From the human T2T-CHM13v2.0 reference genome, Homo sapiens, in assembly GCF_009914755.1 (NCBI RefSeq), contig NC_060926.1: 64,000 bases of DNA; one strand, 5' to 3'. The notes below the pieces were generated by a model. That model saw only the letters and a program-made list of their open reading frames with translations. It made no database searches and was not told where the DNA came from. Every line of letters begins with the position of its first letter. The first letter of the stretch is position 1. The position numbers were made by a program, and so were the translations under genes. Positions 26,455 to 40,013 of this stretch are shown in pieces.

Positions 26455-26642
26455 ACTTCTTATTTTAAAATAACCATAGATTTGCAGGAAATTGCAAAGA
26501 CATGCATGGGAATGTCCCCTGCATTCTTCACCCAGCCTCCTCCATTCTTGACACTTGGCATAACTGTGATTCCGTATCCATACCAGATAATTAACATTGA
26601 TATAATCCACAGCGCTTTTTTAGGTTTCACCAGGTTTGCATG

Positions 26643-26688
<46 letters not shown>

Positions 26689-26800
26689 GGGAAGGGGGGA
26701 GGGTCCATGAATGACTTCATGTAACCACCACAGTCAAGATACAGAACTAGACTCTCACCATAAGGTTCCCCCATGCTACTCCCTTATAGGCACACCACAA
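26455..26800 (-). mobile_element. L1MC/L1MD-type 3' end fragment
   Basis: tagatttgcaggaaattgcaaa...cttcacccag...aaccaccacagtcaagatacagaac. Confidence 0.7.
26646..26687 (+). repeat. (GT)21 microsatellite
   Basis: Perfect dinucleotide run counted from the sequence. Confidence 0.97.
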
Positions 26801-28494
26801 AGCTATTTTTAATGCATTCAAGTAGTCAGGAAACAGAATTCTTTTTAGTACATGTTTACAGCAAGAAATGACTGACACTGAACTTGTGGAAGAGTAATCT
26901 TCCTGTCCTTGGTAATAGTCATGGAGAAGCTGGATCTTCTTAATTGGGAATTATTTAAAGTGATAATACAGGAGCGGGAGAGAAGATGGGGTAGGCTGAA
27001 ATCTGAGGTCCCACCTCTAAGCCTCCATGATTATACAGGAAGTTTCCCTGCAGGAGAGGAGGTTTCATATGGGCCTTGACAAACAAGGAGGCAAAGGGAA
27101 CAGGGAGAATATATGAGGTGAGCAAAAAGGAGAGTCAGCCCTTCTCTGTTCCCTGACCCTGGGGGACAAAGGTATACCTACCTCTTGGGCAGAAGTTTAG
27201 GGTTCTCTGGACAAAGTTCTCTGGGCCATTTGGAGCCCAAGCATTAGGCTTCTTTATCTTTGCTCTGGATTAAGGAGTTAACCTCTGGGCTGTCCAGTGG
27301 TCAAGGTATCTGCCATGAGGCCAACTCTAAAAGACAGGTATCCCTGGTGAAAACAGGCTGCTCGCTCTCTTGGGCTGCCATTCTCTGGATCTTTTCTGTC
27401 CCAGTCCATCTCTCCTCGTCAGTCTGGTGTCCCATAATTATTTCTTCTTGGTTATCCAGACTACTTTCTGAAAAGGAAATACGAGCAGGGTTTATCTCTT
27501 CTAGCACCCTCGGTGACATTGTCCTTTCTTTAGAATGCATTCATTCTTCCTTTTTATCGGGGGTGGGGTGGAGGTGTCCTCGGCAGGTAATTTAAAAGAC
27601 TAACAAACTTTGGCATAGATCACTTTAAGAGCTAGAGAGCAGGCCTGAATATTAATGAAGCCATCTAGTGATAGAGTTGCTTCCTGATGAAGGAACATAT
27701 CAAAGAGGTTAGGTCTGTGAGTGTTGCTCTGCAGAGCCCCATCTCTATTATCTAGCTCTTAATTACTTCATTAAAATTCAACAGAGGAGCTGCCCAAATC
27801 CAGTAGCGTGCCCAAGGCTTGCTGGGTGATTTCCCTGCCTCTGGCCATATGTGATTTTTAGTTCTTTAGGTCTCCAGAGATAGGAGTCCAGATCTCAGGC
27901 AGACAGACCCTGCTGTTACTGGCTGTGCTAGCTTCCTGCACTAAGCGCAGCTGCCTGCCTTTTGTACAATTTCTGTGCAACTGGATTTCTGCGCCCCTCT
28001 CCCTGGTGCCTGGACACACTGCCTATCTTGTGTGCTTGGGGAAGGAGCTGGCCTGCAAAAGTGTATATTTCAGATTACAGAAGTCTCCTTTGTTAGACTT
28101 GCACATACTTTCTGGATCTCTTTTGAAAAGATGGATTGCTTCCTCCCTGCTTCCTAAAACAGCAGCCAGGACACCATTTTACCTAGGGTATCTCATCCCT
28201 GGGCCTCAGTTTTCCCATCTGTAAAATGAAGCCGTTACTCCACGTGGTGCCTCCATAGCTCTAAATTCTCTCGATCTTTAGGAGAACCTATTTTCTTGTA
28301 GGGCTATAATATAGTGACACCTTCCAGCATGAAACGGTGCCAATTAGCTCTTATCCTAAACTATTCCTGTTGGCTCCTCCTTCTCAGTGCTGCTCCTTTT
28401 AGTGATACCCATTGTCTGTGGACTTAAAATTACTAACTAGCCCTGGGATCAGGAAAAACATCCTAGGCATCTTTATTTTTAAACTTGATTTTAG

Positions 28495-28792
<298 letters not shown>

Positions 28793-28824
28793 CTACTTCT
28801 TCTTTAGAGTACAACCTATGGGCT

Positions 28825-28871
28825 CTTTGACAGCTGTTTTTAGATTCAGCTGTCAAAGGCTGAATCTAAAA
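28825..28871. repeat. Interlocked pair of perfect inverted repeats (12-bp and 13-bp arms)
   Basis: ctttgacagctg/cagctgtcaaag and ttttagattcagc/gctgaatctaaaa. Confidence 0.95.
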
Positions 28872-30379
28872 GGCCCTTTTAACGTCTCTGGGTTTGCGTC
28901 TGTGCTCCAAGTGGAGCAGATTATTTTAGAATTGCACTGAATCAACAAAAGACAATGCATGTAAATGTGTCTACCACATAGAGGAGGCAACATGTTTGGT
29001 GATATAAGTTATAGAAGTTTCATCTGCCTTTTCTGCCTTCCTGTGTCTGTTTTGCTTTTTTCTGATCATTGTATCTGTTAAAGTTCCTTCCGGGAAGAAC
29101 AGCGGGAGCTGAGTATCTCCTGGGGTTTTGCCACTGGAGCATCCCAGGAGCCACTGAAATGAGAGGGCCCCTGATGCAGACAGGGAGATGACAGAGAGCT
29201 TGGCACTGAGCCGTGCAGCAAGCAGGCTCAGGCAGAGAATGTGCAGGCAGGAGCCCCCGACAGGAGGCCAGTAAAGAGCACCGGCTTCTGAAGAAGGAAA
29301 ATTGAGAAGAGCTTGTGCTGAAGAAGTTGGAACCAGTCATGCTAGTGAGCCGGACTGAGATTTCTGAAAGACAGTAAAAAAAAAAAAAATGCAAGTGTGC
29401 ACCTTCTTCTGAGTACTTCCAAGGTAACTAGAGCCGCTGTAAAACACTAGTGCTTTTCCTCTGTATCCCCAGTAAAAGGAGAATCCAGCCCTAGTTGCCT
29501 TCCTGGGGGAGGAACTTTTGAATGCAGGAGGTGGAGGTGATATTTCAGGACTTAGCATTTGGCAAACAGTTGGCTCCAGAGCCCAACATTGCTTCTGGCC
29601 TCAGGAAAATGCTGGATGGAGAGAGTCTCCAGCATTGGCCAGCATGGCATTACTCAGGGAATTTCCTTGTTTCTTTTCTTTTTCTGTTTGGTGGCCAAAC
29701 TGTTGGAAGAGGATAATCTTCTCATCTTGTTTCTTTCAGTCCCGAATTTATTAATCACTTTAAATGGTTATAACTCCCCCAGTTTTATTTGAACTCTTCA
29801 GCTTTCTTTTTAAAAAGTATTTTGCTTCTTTCTCTGGGCTGGCCCTGTGTCTTTTTGTCTCACTCTATTTCTTGCTGTTTGTTTCCATGTCTCATGGCCC
29901 AATTCCATTTTGTATCTCTCTGTATTTGCTCATAAAGCTCTGTCTTTAATTGTCTGTCTGTCTTTTTCTTTCCTTTCTCCTGGGTCAGGCAGGAAGTTAA
30001 GGCAGACAGACAGCTGGTCCTTTTCTTTATTTGGAATAAAAAATGGCTTTGGTGGCTGATGACAGGCAACTTGGGCTTATATGATCCTGGGAAGCCGCAG
30101 CAGCAGGACAAGAGGGGGAGCTTTTCCATCCTGCCTCCAGGTCTCATTTTCACAGGGACATTTCCTACCAGGAAGGAGCCTTGGAGATGAAGCTGGATTT
30201 TCCATCCAGAGTCTTCCGAGGCACTTAGTTCTTCTTTGAGGGGTTCAAGTGGTCCAGCTCCAAGTGTGTGTGGTGGGGAGAGGACCACTCCTAGGTTATC
30301 AGCCTTGGGCTAGGTCTGGGAGGGATAGAACTGTAAAGGACACCAGCCCTGTTTCTGAGGACATGGAAAGACTTTCTCC

Positions 30380-30805
30380 TCAATTTGGCATTTAACACCC
30401 TTCATGAGTTGGCCTCAGCCTGTCCCCTACTGTTCCCCTCACACCTTGTTCTAGTGTCTGAGTTTCTGGCTGCCTCCATGGTTCTGGTTCTTCCTAATGT
30501 GCACTGGTACAAGCTCTGTCCTCTGACACTCTTGTCAACTGCGGCAAACTCCTGTTCATCCACTGGTTCCAACTCAGACGCCACCTCCTCTGTGAAGTCT
30601 CTCCCAACTCCAGGGAGAGTTACTTACTCTCTTCTGAGTAGATGTTCTTGCCTTTATTGTCCTCCCATGGTCTTATAATTGTCTACTTAGGTGCCTGTCT
30701 TCCCTCTAGACTGTGATCTCTTTGAAGGCAAGCATGATGCCTTATTTATTATATCCTTAATATCTGGCAACTAGTAAGAGGTTAATGCTTGTGGAATAAG
30801 AACTA
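30380..30805 (+). mobile_element. L2 3' fragment
   Basis: ccacctcctctgtgaagtct, ctagactgtgatctctttgaaggcaag. Confidence 0.7.
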
Positions 30806-31359
30806 GGAAAAACAATTTTAGGAGTTATATGATCAACACTAAGCTGTGTGCTGAAACTGTGAGTGCTGTCGGACCTTGGAGAAGAAGGGGAGGGGTTAGC
30901 ATGGGGTTTGAGGGAGACCAATGCCTCCTTCTGCATGTGTACCCCACACTTGCAACAGAAGGTCAGTGGGACAGAAACAGTGGCATCACCCAGTGCTTGC
31001 TGGAGTCCAAAGTGCCCGGTTTGGGGAATGGAATTTCTAATGTGTTTCTTTTCCTGTGATCTATCTCCCCTGCCAATGCTGCTCCTTGGAAGACCAGGAC
31101 CAGAGACCATGCTGGGAAGCCTGGCTGCTCTTTGAGGACTGAGATGAACTTAGCAATGCAGAGAAGAACAAAGAGAGGCTTGTGCTCACCGTGTTCCAGA
31201 GGGATCACCGTGTTCCCTTTGTTCATTTGAGGACATGAATACAACTATGGTCTTTGGACAAAAGGCATATGCCAGGCAGTATGAATGGTCTCTCTTGTCT
31301 GTGCAATTAGTATGTAAGAGCACGTGAACTGGTGCCTGGGACCTCTACCTGTTTTAGTA

Positions 31360-31550
31360 TGATAGCACCACAGTAAAGGGCCTGGACTTTGTATGAGCTT
31401 GGGAAAATCATGTCACCTCTGCAAGTCTTGGTTTCCCTGGGTGTTAAATGTCAATTTAAGTAAAATGCTATCTACTTTGTTTTGGAGACTTTCTATGAGA
31501 ATCTGATAAACTATAACCTGTGAAAGAGTTTCAAAAGTTGTAAAAGATTG
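31360..31550 (+). mobile_element. MIR fragment
   Basis: ttgggaaaatcatgtcacctctgcaagtcttggtttccc...aaatg. Confidence 0.55.
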
Positions 31551-33184
31551 AAGGGTGAGTATACGGTGCATGATCCTTTACAGGGTTCTTGAAAATGCAG
31601 TTACTCCAAGGGGCAGTGCTAGCAGAAGCTCATAGCTCATTCTCCTGATTAGAAAACCTTTTTGGGGAAAGGGCTCAGGTTTATTTCTGGTTCTAACATG
31701 CTCAGTTTAATGCAACATATTTCAGCTTCTTATGGAATCTCTACCATATGCTAAGCCTGTGCCAGGCAAAAGGGGGTGGTGTGGCATGGAGATTAGTCAT
31801 AGAGAAGTTCTGTCCCCCAGGATCACCAAAGGACCCATCTTCCTCTGATAGAGCCCTCTGCCGACTTAGTTGATCTTCACTCTTGGCAAAGCCACATGTA
31901 CGGTAGCCCAGGTCCTTTTGAAAGGTAGTGTTTGTGGCAAGAATTAAAGCAATAACACCCTACTTTGGAGGTACAAGCTCAAGGTGGTGAGGGTGATGGC
32001 AGGAAGAGGCAAGTGAATCAAGGAAAGATGGAAGCAATGCAATGCCACCTGCCCCTCTGCTAGCCAGAGGTTTATGTGAACCTTGCAGTGACACATTAGT
32101 TCCTCAACAGGCACAGCCGCTTGGCGTACTGGGCTGCGTGGGAAGGTTGGTGAGGAAAAAACACGCTTTGAAGTAATCCACATTGGGAAGAAAAGAGGAT
32201 ATTTATCTGTCCAATTACTTTCCAGTTCCATTTCTCACTGGTCAAGGTTATATCCAGAGGAAATCATAGCCCCTGGTGGATGCTCAGTAAGCCAGATCCC
32301 ATGCTCATGATACTGTGCTTCATGCGAGTGGAAAAGTGGGGGAAAGCTTGGCACAAGTGGGCTCCAGCCCACAGAAAGAGAGAAAGAGACAGCCGGGAGC
32401 GTCTCAGAAGGCACACAGGTGTTTGGTCCTATTCCCTGACCTTCTCCTACTCCAGGTTAGGAGAGCTTGGAATCCAGTGGAGTGTGGGGGTGAATATGGC
32501 TCCACTTCTAAATCCCTTCCTTCATCTCCATCCACTGGAAGCGATTGCATCCTGCTGACAGGTTCCTCAGCTCTGAAGCCTCATCCAAGGGCTTAACAGG
32601 AACAGAGTGACTGCCGTGGCTCCACCTCAACCTCTCCTGCAGACCGATCCAGCCTTATCCTTTCCACAATCCCTTACGAGAGGCCTGGATTCTTATTAAG
32701 AAACACTATGGATTTTTAGAGTAAAAATGTCTATAGAGAGACTTCAGAAACAGTCTGGGGAGATTATAAAGAAATGTGGGCCAGTTGTCCAAGGAGATTT
32801 TATAGAATATTCAATAGCACTCATGTCATAAAAGGCCTGTGGAGGTTTGCATAGCTGAGGCTGGCCCTGAATTATGATTCCCTGATGCAGAGCCCAGCAA
32901 AAGCTCACAGCATCCCAGACTAGGGCTTGATGCTGCTGTGCTTGTAAAAATAGAGCCACCTCACCTCACTCAAATGCAGTGGGGATATTAATTTCCAGGG
33001 CTGGAGTTCAATTTCATAGAAAGACAGAGTGGAAAATAGAGCTGTCTTTTCAATCCCAGTGGTCATAATAGAACCCCACCCTGCACCTCTCTGGAAACTG
33101 TCTCCCAGCCAGCTCCCAGACACACTGAAACGTACCTTGTGCTTTGCTTTCAATGATAACTGGAGCTGGGTAGCCACAGGGACA

Positions 33185-33555
33185 GCAATTACTGTCCACA
33201 GATGAGGAACCTGAGGCATTTGGAGGTTAATCTACTCTCTCACAGGCACAGAGCGAGGCAGAGGATGTGCCAGTTTGAAAGTCCTCCTCCTGAGTGGGAG
33301 CAGACGACCACAGTTACATTCCACTTTTATGGAAGAAGGAGAGTTATGAAGGTGCAGGCCTACTGTGTGCTAGGCCCTGCATGAAGTGCTTGACATTCAC
33401 ACTCATTCAGTTTTACAGTGAACCTGACAGGTCAATATTTTCTCCATTTATTAGGAAACTGAGATTCAGTGAGACAAGGACATTTGTTCAAATAAATCTC
33501 GTAACTCTGAAGAGGCCTGGATCTGAGAAGAATGGGTGCCAGGTAGTCTGACTGG
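33185..33555 (-). mobile_element. Two MIR fragments
   Basis: acagatgaggaacctgaggc; tactgtgtgctaggccctg...aggaaactgagattcag. Confidence 0.7.
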
Positions 33556-33889
33556 GCTAGTTTTGCCCCATCATGGCCCTGTGACATCCGTTCTGCCTCC
33601 CAGCTAGACTGGACTCCCCCAGACCAGGAACTGTGTCCTGGCTCTTCCTAGCACCCAGCTCAGGGAGGGCTATCAAGGCTGCTGAAAGCAGGTGAGTTGG
33701 CAGAATCTGGTGAGTGGGAAGAATTGGACCTATGCTTTTTAAAAATGGGCTTGAAATTTTAACTGAAACTTTCTCTCCTTACCTTAAAGCTCAGTGAATG
33801 TCAGTCTCTGAGCAGATGGGAAGAACTGAGGATGAATTTGTCCACTTAAATGGGAATGGAAGCTTAAGAATCAAGATATTTGAAGGTGA

Positions 33890-34185
<296 letters not shown>

Positions 34186-34849
34186 GATTTTACCATTCTT
34201 AAGGTGGACTCACAGTTGGCTCTCAATCAGCATCTCCTGGGCATATGATGACTTCCTCCCTGGACTCTCACTGTTGATCTACAGTGGCTATGAGCCTAGG
34301 CTGGAGCCCAGCAGGAAGGCTGAGCCCCATGCTTAGTGGTGGTGAAGGATTCTCAGCTGATGTGAGGGTCCAAGGTGCTTCAGCAAATGCTGCCCAGGTA
34401 GGTGATCTGTGCAGGGCCAGGAGCCAGGTGCTCCTTGCAGAGGCAGTGAGCATCAGAGGTGAAGACTATCCCTGGGGTTGGGGTCATGTGTGGTCCTTGG
34501 CTCAGCCCCACCTAGACTTGGAGCGACAGAGCAGAAGAAGAAGGGTGAGACTCCTGCTTCAGTGGAGGAGGAGAGATTCTGGTTTGTACAAATGGCCTGG
34601 TCAAGCAGGCCTATTATACACTAAAGACTGGAAACTATACCATATTTATTTCTTCATTTTGAAGGCCTAATGTGCAGGTTCTGTATGTTAATCCTTGTTG
34701 AAGAGAGAATAGAGAAATGAAGAAAGACTATAAGAGCAGAGTGAATGACACAGACCGGACCCTAGAGGTCAGAGGAGGGAAGGATTGGGGCTGAGCAGGG
34801 TGGGGCTGAGGTTGTTAGGGGAGCTTTGTGTGGAGCAGCAAAGCTGGAG

Positions 34850-35120
34850 TAGTGGATGCTGTGACGTGTTGCCCAGATCTCCCTTTCAGCACTGAGGCAC
34901 TCATTTTCCCATCTGCTGGACACATTGTTGGCTGACCGTCCTCAGTTCTCTCCAATATTTGGTCTTATCTTGTCCAAGATCAGGCCCCCTCCCTGAGGAC
35001 AACCCACATTCAAGGACTCAATGGGGGTGGGAGGGATAAAGGCTACCTCCTCCCCTTGTTTCAGTGCAAGACAGCTCAGAACAGCCAGCCATCTCTAGGG
35101 TACCCCATGGGATTTGTGGG
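34850..35120. mobile_element. LTR16-like ERVL LTR fragment
   Basis: gtggatgctgtg...gcccagatc, tgtccaagatcaggccccctccctgaggacaacccacat, gggataaaggc. Confidence 0.7.
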
Positions 35121-35220
35121 CTGGAATGTTCTTAAAAGATAAGATCAATAAACAAAGTGCAAGGAAGAGAGGAGAGTGTCCCACGAGGGAAGAATGGCTT
35201 GTGTAAGCGTGCATAGGAGA

Positions 35221-35323
35221 GCCCTGATTATCTGCCACCCCTGCTGCCTTGATTTGGCTGGCCACCCTTCTGGTCCCTCTCAGTGGCCATCAGCAGTATG
35301 AAGTTGCCAAGGCTGTGATGATG
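35221..35323 (+). repeat. 103-bp direct repeat, copy 1
   Basis: Ungapped alignment to 35973-36075 with 91/103 identical. Confidence 0.95.
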
Positions 35324-35384
35324 TTTAGTCAGAGCAGAGTATTACCTGGGATGAGTTTAACTAGCCTGTGAACACTTCCCACTT

Positions 35385-35525
35385 TGTGGTGTAGAGGAAA
35401 GAACACTGAACAAGGAACTACGAGGCCCACATTCTAATCCTGGCTGTGACACTAACTTGCTCTGTGACTTTGAACCAGTGACTTCATTTCTCTGAGCCTC
35501 GTTGCCCTTGTCTCTCAAAAACTAG
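35385..35525 (+). mobile_element. MIR
   Basis: ttctaatcctggctgtgacactaacttgctctgtgactttg...tctctgagcctc. Confidence 0.8.
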
Positions 35526-35972
35526 TCCCCACACAAGGCCTTGCTGAACAACGGCTGCAGGTGGCTTGTCTCCGTGTGCCTGGTGTGTCTTTTCTGCTGG
35601 ACTGGAATTTTCTCGAGGGGGGAGGCCACGCATCCCATGTAACCAGTTCTTGCTCTGCTCCTTCACCTTTCCTCCGTGAGTGCCTCCTTCCAGTTCTGCT
35701 CGGTGAGCACTGGTCCTGAGGTCCCTCCATCAGGGAGTCAGTCCCTGGTCTCCCAGGAGGCACAACTCTGTGCTCCTCAGACTCTGCCGACAGTGTTTGA
35801 GTGACACTCTCCTGGCCGTTACCCATTTGGCCCGTGCAGCCTGTGCCTGATGCAACGCATGACATCAGGGCCTGTCATAGTGCCTAGCACACGGGGCGCA
35901 CAGGAAATCCCAACTCAATTGAGGGAGGTGATAATGAAAAATGTACATGAAAGCACCCCACAACTAAAATGT

Positions 35973-36075
35973 GCCCTGATTATCTGTTGCCCCTGCTGCC
36001 TTGATTTAGCTGACCACCCTCCTGGTCCCTTTCAGTGGCCATCGGTGGTATGAAGTTACCAGGGCTGTGATGATG
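35973..36075 (+). repeat. 103-bp direct repeat, copy 2
   Basis: Ungapped alignment to 35221-35323. Confidence 0.95.
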
Positions 36076-36629
36076 CCGGTGAACTAATGAGGATGTTATG
36101 TGAGTCAGTGCTGGCCATATGACCATGACCCTGGCCTGTGATTACAAGTGGAAGCAGGAGCTTAGGTTTGGCTGTGGTCTGTGATCTTTGTCACTGCGGC
36201 CATATGACACTCAAAAAAGATTTCATTAGTGCCTGGAGAAATCTTCCTCCCAGGCCCTTTTCTATCCTAAGAGTGAGTAGTTTTAATTGCATTTGATCAC
36301 GTTTTGCAATGAAGCCAATGTCATCTTACTGTTTTCTTATCTTCCTGCTACTCTGAGACTGTATTTATGCATGCAGCCTGCACCTCGTGGGTGTGAAATG
36401 GTTACATGCACGACTCTGTGCGGGGGAGGAGGATGAGGTTTGATGGCATCATGAGGGAAGTGTCACGGCCTCCGTATTTGTGCACAACAGAGAATGTATT
36501 TTCAGCTCACGCCCCATCTGCAAGTTACTTTTCTAGGCAAAAAGAGCAGAATTTACCCACCCACTTCTTATTACTGCAGTGTGACCAGAACACAGAGGTA
36601 GCTAGAGCAAGCCAGAGCTTTGGATCACA

Positions 36630-36818
36630 GCAGTTGGCTTTCAAATTTCAGGGAGTGGAAGAAGAACTTGGGAGGTAGGTTAAAATGCAGGTGCCTGAGC
36701 CACCTCTTTGGAGATTCTGATTTGGTAGATCTGACTAGAGACTAGGTGATTACATTTTTTTAACACCCTCTTCAGGCCATTTCAGTCCATGGGCCAGCCA
36801 CACTTTGAGAATCACTGG
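36630..36818. mobile_element. MER5-family DNA transposon
   Basis: ttaaaatgcaggtgcctgagcc...gagattctgatttggtagatctg...cacactttgagaatcactg. Confidence 0.75.
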
Positions 36819-36965
36819 GTTAGAAAAATGAGTCAAAGTCAGATAGCTGTGGGACCCTGTACACAGAGAGAAAAGCCTTTTTGGGATAATATTTAATTAT
36901 CAGCTGGTGAATATAAACCTGTAAAGCAAAACAATGATACAACACAGTTGATAAAGCCTTACAGT

Positions 36966-37106
36966 TAGGGTGGATATATGCCTGTTTTGTCTGGGTTCAT
37001 GGTTGATGTATTAATAGATCAACCAATAGCTGTTTATTATTTATTTTTTAACCTCTTTTCTTTTTAGAAAGGTGTACGATTGGATAATAAATTATGTAAT
37101 TACCCT
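36966..37106. mobile_element. MER94-like hAT-Blackjack MITE
   Basis: tagggtgg...taccct(a) inverted termini, about 140 bp. Confidence 0.55.
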
Positions 37107-38462
37107 ACATAAAGTGAACTTTGAACAAACTTTGTGAAGAAAAGAAACACTATTTCCTGCAAACTTAAGTTCTGAGATGAGTTAATCATCTCCCCAGCGT
37201 CCTTGGAATCTGAAGGTTGGAGAACTAAGCACATCAAGTTCGCTGATTTCTCCTCTCTAACGTCCCCAGCTAAGAGATAAACTCAGGAAGGTTAAAAGGC
37301 CCCTGATTTCACTGAGGTTTCTGTGGCATAAATGATTCAAAAAGGCCATCGGCATGTTTCCAGAAGTGTAACAATCATATTAAAATTGTGGCTTACTCTT
37401 AATAAATTCAAATCTGTTTACATCCAACTTACTACATGTGGCCACAGAAAAGCTCCACTTATTCTAATCTCAACAATTTTCTCTCTTGTTCAACATTCAG
37501 ATTTTATTTCCACAAACCCAGAACTGCATTCTACATTTGAGGATGTCATTTAAGGCCAAGAAAGTCCAATAAAAAAGCATTTATCAGCAGTAAAGTTTGT
37601 TTGAGGATTACCCACTGCGAATAAAGCCAAGCTCCCCTTTTAAACTGAAGCATGCTATTTCAGGAATGTGACCCCTTTCATGAATAAATGACATAGTGAC
37701 ATTTACAGATAAAGCAAGATTTAACTGCTATGAAAGGAGGTGACAAATGTCAGGATGTCAATAATGATCCGTGAACATAATGGTTTCTTGCCTGAGCGTT
37801 GAGCAGATACATAATGTAACTGCTGCCTGACAGAGTTCTGCAGAGAATGAGCCCTGAGCTCTGGGAGAAGTCAAGAAGGCTCCCAGTACTATGACAGTCA
37901 TAAGTCTGGGGTGGCCAGTGTCTGAGGAGGGTCTAAGTACAATCTGGCCAGTACGTTAACTCCTTCTCATTGCTAGCATGTCTGTGTGCCAGGAAAGATG
38001 AAGTTTTTCTACCATGTATCATTAAATTTTGTCAGAGTAGAATTTAGACGTTGTGAAAATAGCTTTTTGGTCATGCTTTCATTTTCCAGAAGAACCAAGA
38101 AATTAGACAAAAAGTCAGGAGAAAGTCCGTGTTGTCACTATCACAGTGAGGCCAAGGTCATGGTCGGAGCCTGATCAGGTGGTGCAGCATAGATACACCC
38201 ATTGAGGTCATCTTCCCCTCTGGCTTGAGGCTAGCCAGCTGTCCCAACGCGTGTGTCTGAAGTCACAGAGTGCACTAGTGAGAGAGTGCAGATGGCTCAT
38301 CTGGACCCAGTCCACACCAACGAGACCTTTTCCTCTGGGCCATGTCTCCTGCCTTGCATTCAGGGCATTCTTCCCTCCAGCTTCTGCACCTCCAGCTTTG
38401 AGTCTGCTTTCTGTTTTCTTTGGCTGGCTTTTTCTCTCCCCCTTTAAAATGAGATGTCCTTT

Positions 38463-38630
38463 GGGAGTGGTAAAAATGTCTAATAACCAGCTTGTGAAGA
38501 ACCATCCCCAATTAGTTTGCAGTTTTCCGTTATGTAAATACTGCCGTACCCCCACAGCTGATTTTCAGTGACTTTTTCATATGAAGTCACTGAACACTGA
38601 GTTGGGAAGAGATACACACAAATGGCCCCA
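38463..38630 (+). mobile_element. MER63-like DNA transposon fragment
   Basis: tgtaaatactgcc...gtcactgaacactgagttgggaagagat. Confidence 0.7.
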
Positions 38631-39029
38631 GCTTTGGGATTGCACAGCAACTTTGGGGGTCCTCTTTGCTTTTCCATAGTCACTTCCTGGCTCATTGACC
38701 ACTCTAGTCCTCCAGATGAACTTATGATTTCCATGCTAGGAAGCCTGAGTGTGCATTTCTGAGCCTGATGTCTCTGCAAATCCAGCCCCATGTACCTAGT
38801 TCAGAGGACAGCTTCCTTCACTTTCAATTCTGCAATTTCCCTGCCTGAACCCACTTCAACTCTCAACTCCTAAGGCATGGTCAGCCCTGACCCTTCTCCC
38901 TCTGTGACACTTTCTGGGTCTGGCTCATGGTCTCCACACGCATGATAAGCACTCCCTATACCCATCCCTGGGTCTGGACAATGTTTTCTTTTCTTGTAAA
39001 GCATTAAAACTCCTGTGTGTTTGGCCAGT

Positions 39030-39165
39030 ATCTCATTCAACAGTGAGAAATGGAAGCAGAGGCTCTGAGGGGCGAATTGACTTGCCTGAGGCCTTATGAT
39101 GTGTCAGACCCACATTGTGACTAGAACCCAAGTTTCTCAATTTTCAGTGCCCTGGGCTTTTTCCC
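39030..39165 (-). mobile_element. MIR fragment
   Basis: gaggctctgaggggcgaattgacttgcctgaggcc...ctagaacccaag. Confidence 0.6.
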
Positions 39166-40013
39166 AGTAGCCTCCTATCTTTCACTACTCCCCAAGTCCC
39201 CAACCTAGCTAAAGCCTCTATATCCTCAGCTCCTCCTCCGCCATCCAGGTCCTCTCCCCACTGTGATGCCCTCACCATCCTCCAAGTTCCTGTGGAGTGC
39301 TTCACTGGGGGTGGGAGATAGAAGCTGTTGACAACTGCCCTTGTGGGGCCTCTAGTACCCCATCATGGCACATTTTGCTCACCTTTGTTTTTCAGCCTCT
39401 CGGTACAAGGGTAATTTTCTTGACAAATACCATGGTCCTGTCCCCTGTGGCTACCAGAAAAGCCATGAACTTTAAGAACAAGAGCAGGTCAGGAGATGGA
39501 GCTATTGTAGTCAGCACTGACGAGCCACCAGCCTCCACCAGCAGCAATGAGCAAGGCTCTGGGTGTGGGCCTTGGTTGGGGGGTGTTTTCTCCATATGGG
39601 GACGTTTCTCTAAGACAAACAAAGGAACACCATTCCTCCATCTTTCTGTACTGCACAGGTTTGAATTATGTGCTCTGCCTCAAGTGTGAGAAGCCCCGTG
39701 CATGGTTGCACTATGAGGTGGAGGGAGAAAGTATAGTGCCAGTGCTGTAGGGCCAGGTGGGTGAGGAGGGACGTGATGGGTCCTCTCTAGCCAGAGGCCT
39801 TCCCAGGCCCCTCAGCTGGGCTAGTTCTGTCTGAGCAACAGGAGTCAGGCCAGGCAAGGGAGACGTTTCTATTGCTTGGGAGAGTTAGGGATGAGTTTGT
39901 GGCTGAAGGAGGATGGGAGAAGAGCTTTGAAAGATGAGCAGCATTTGTTATGGAAAGGACGAAGAGTTGACCGGACACCTGGGAGAGGAAGACTATGGTT
40001 AAGAAGAGGTTCA

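Noticed and set aside
35221-36075. The 103-bp repeats as LTRs of a mini-retroelement or as C/D snoRNAs
   Set aside because: There are no TG...CA ends, PBS, PPT or TSD. The GTGATGA lies at the 3' end and CTGA near the 5' end, the wrong order for box C/D.
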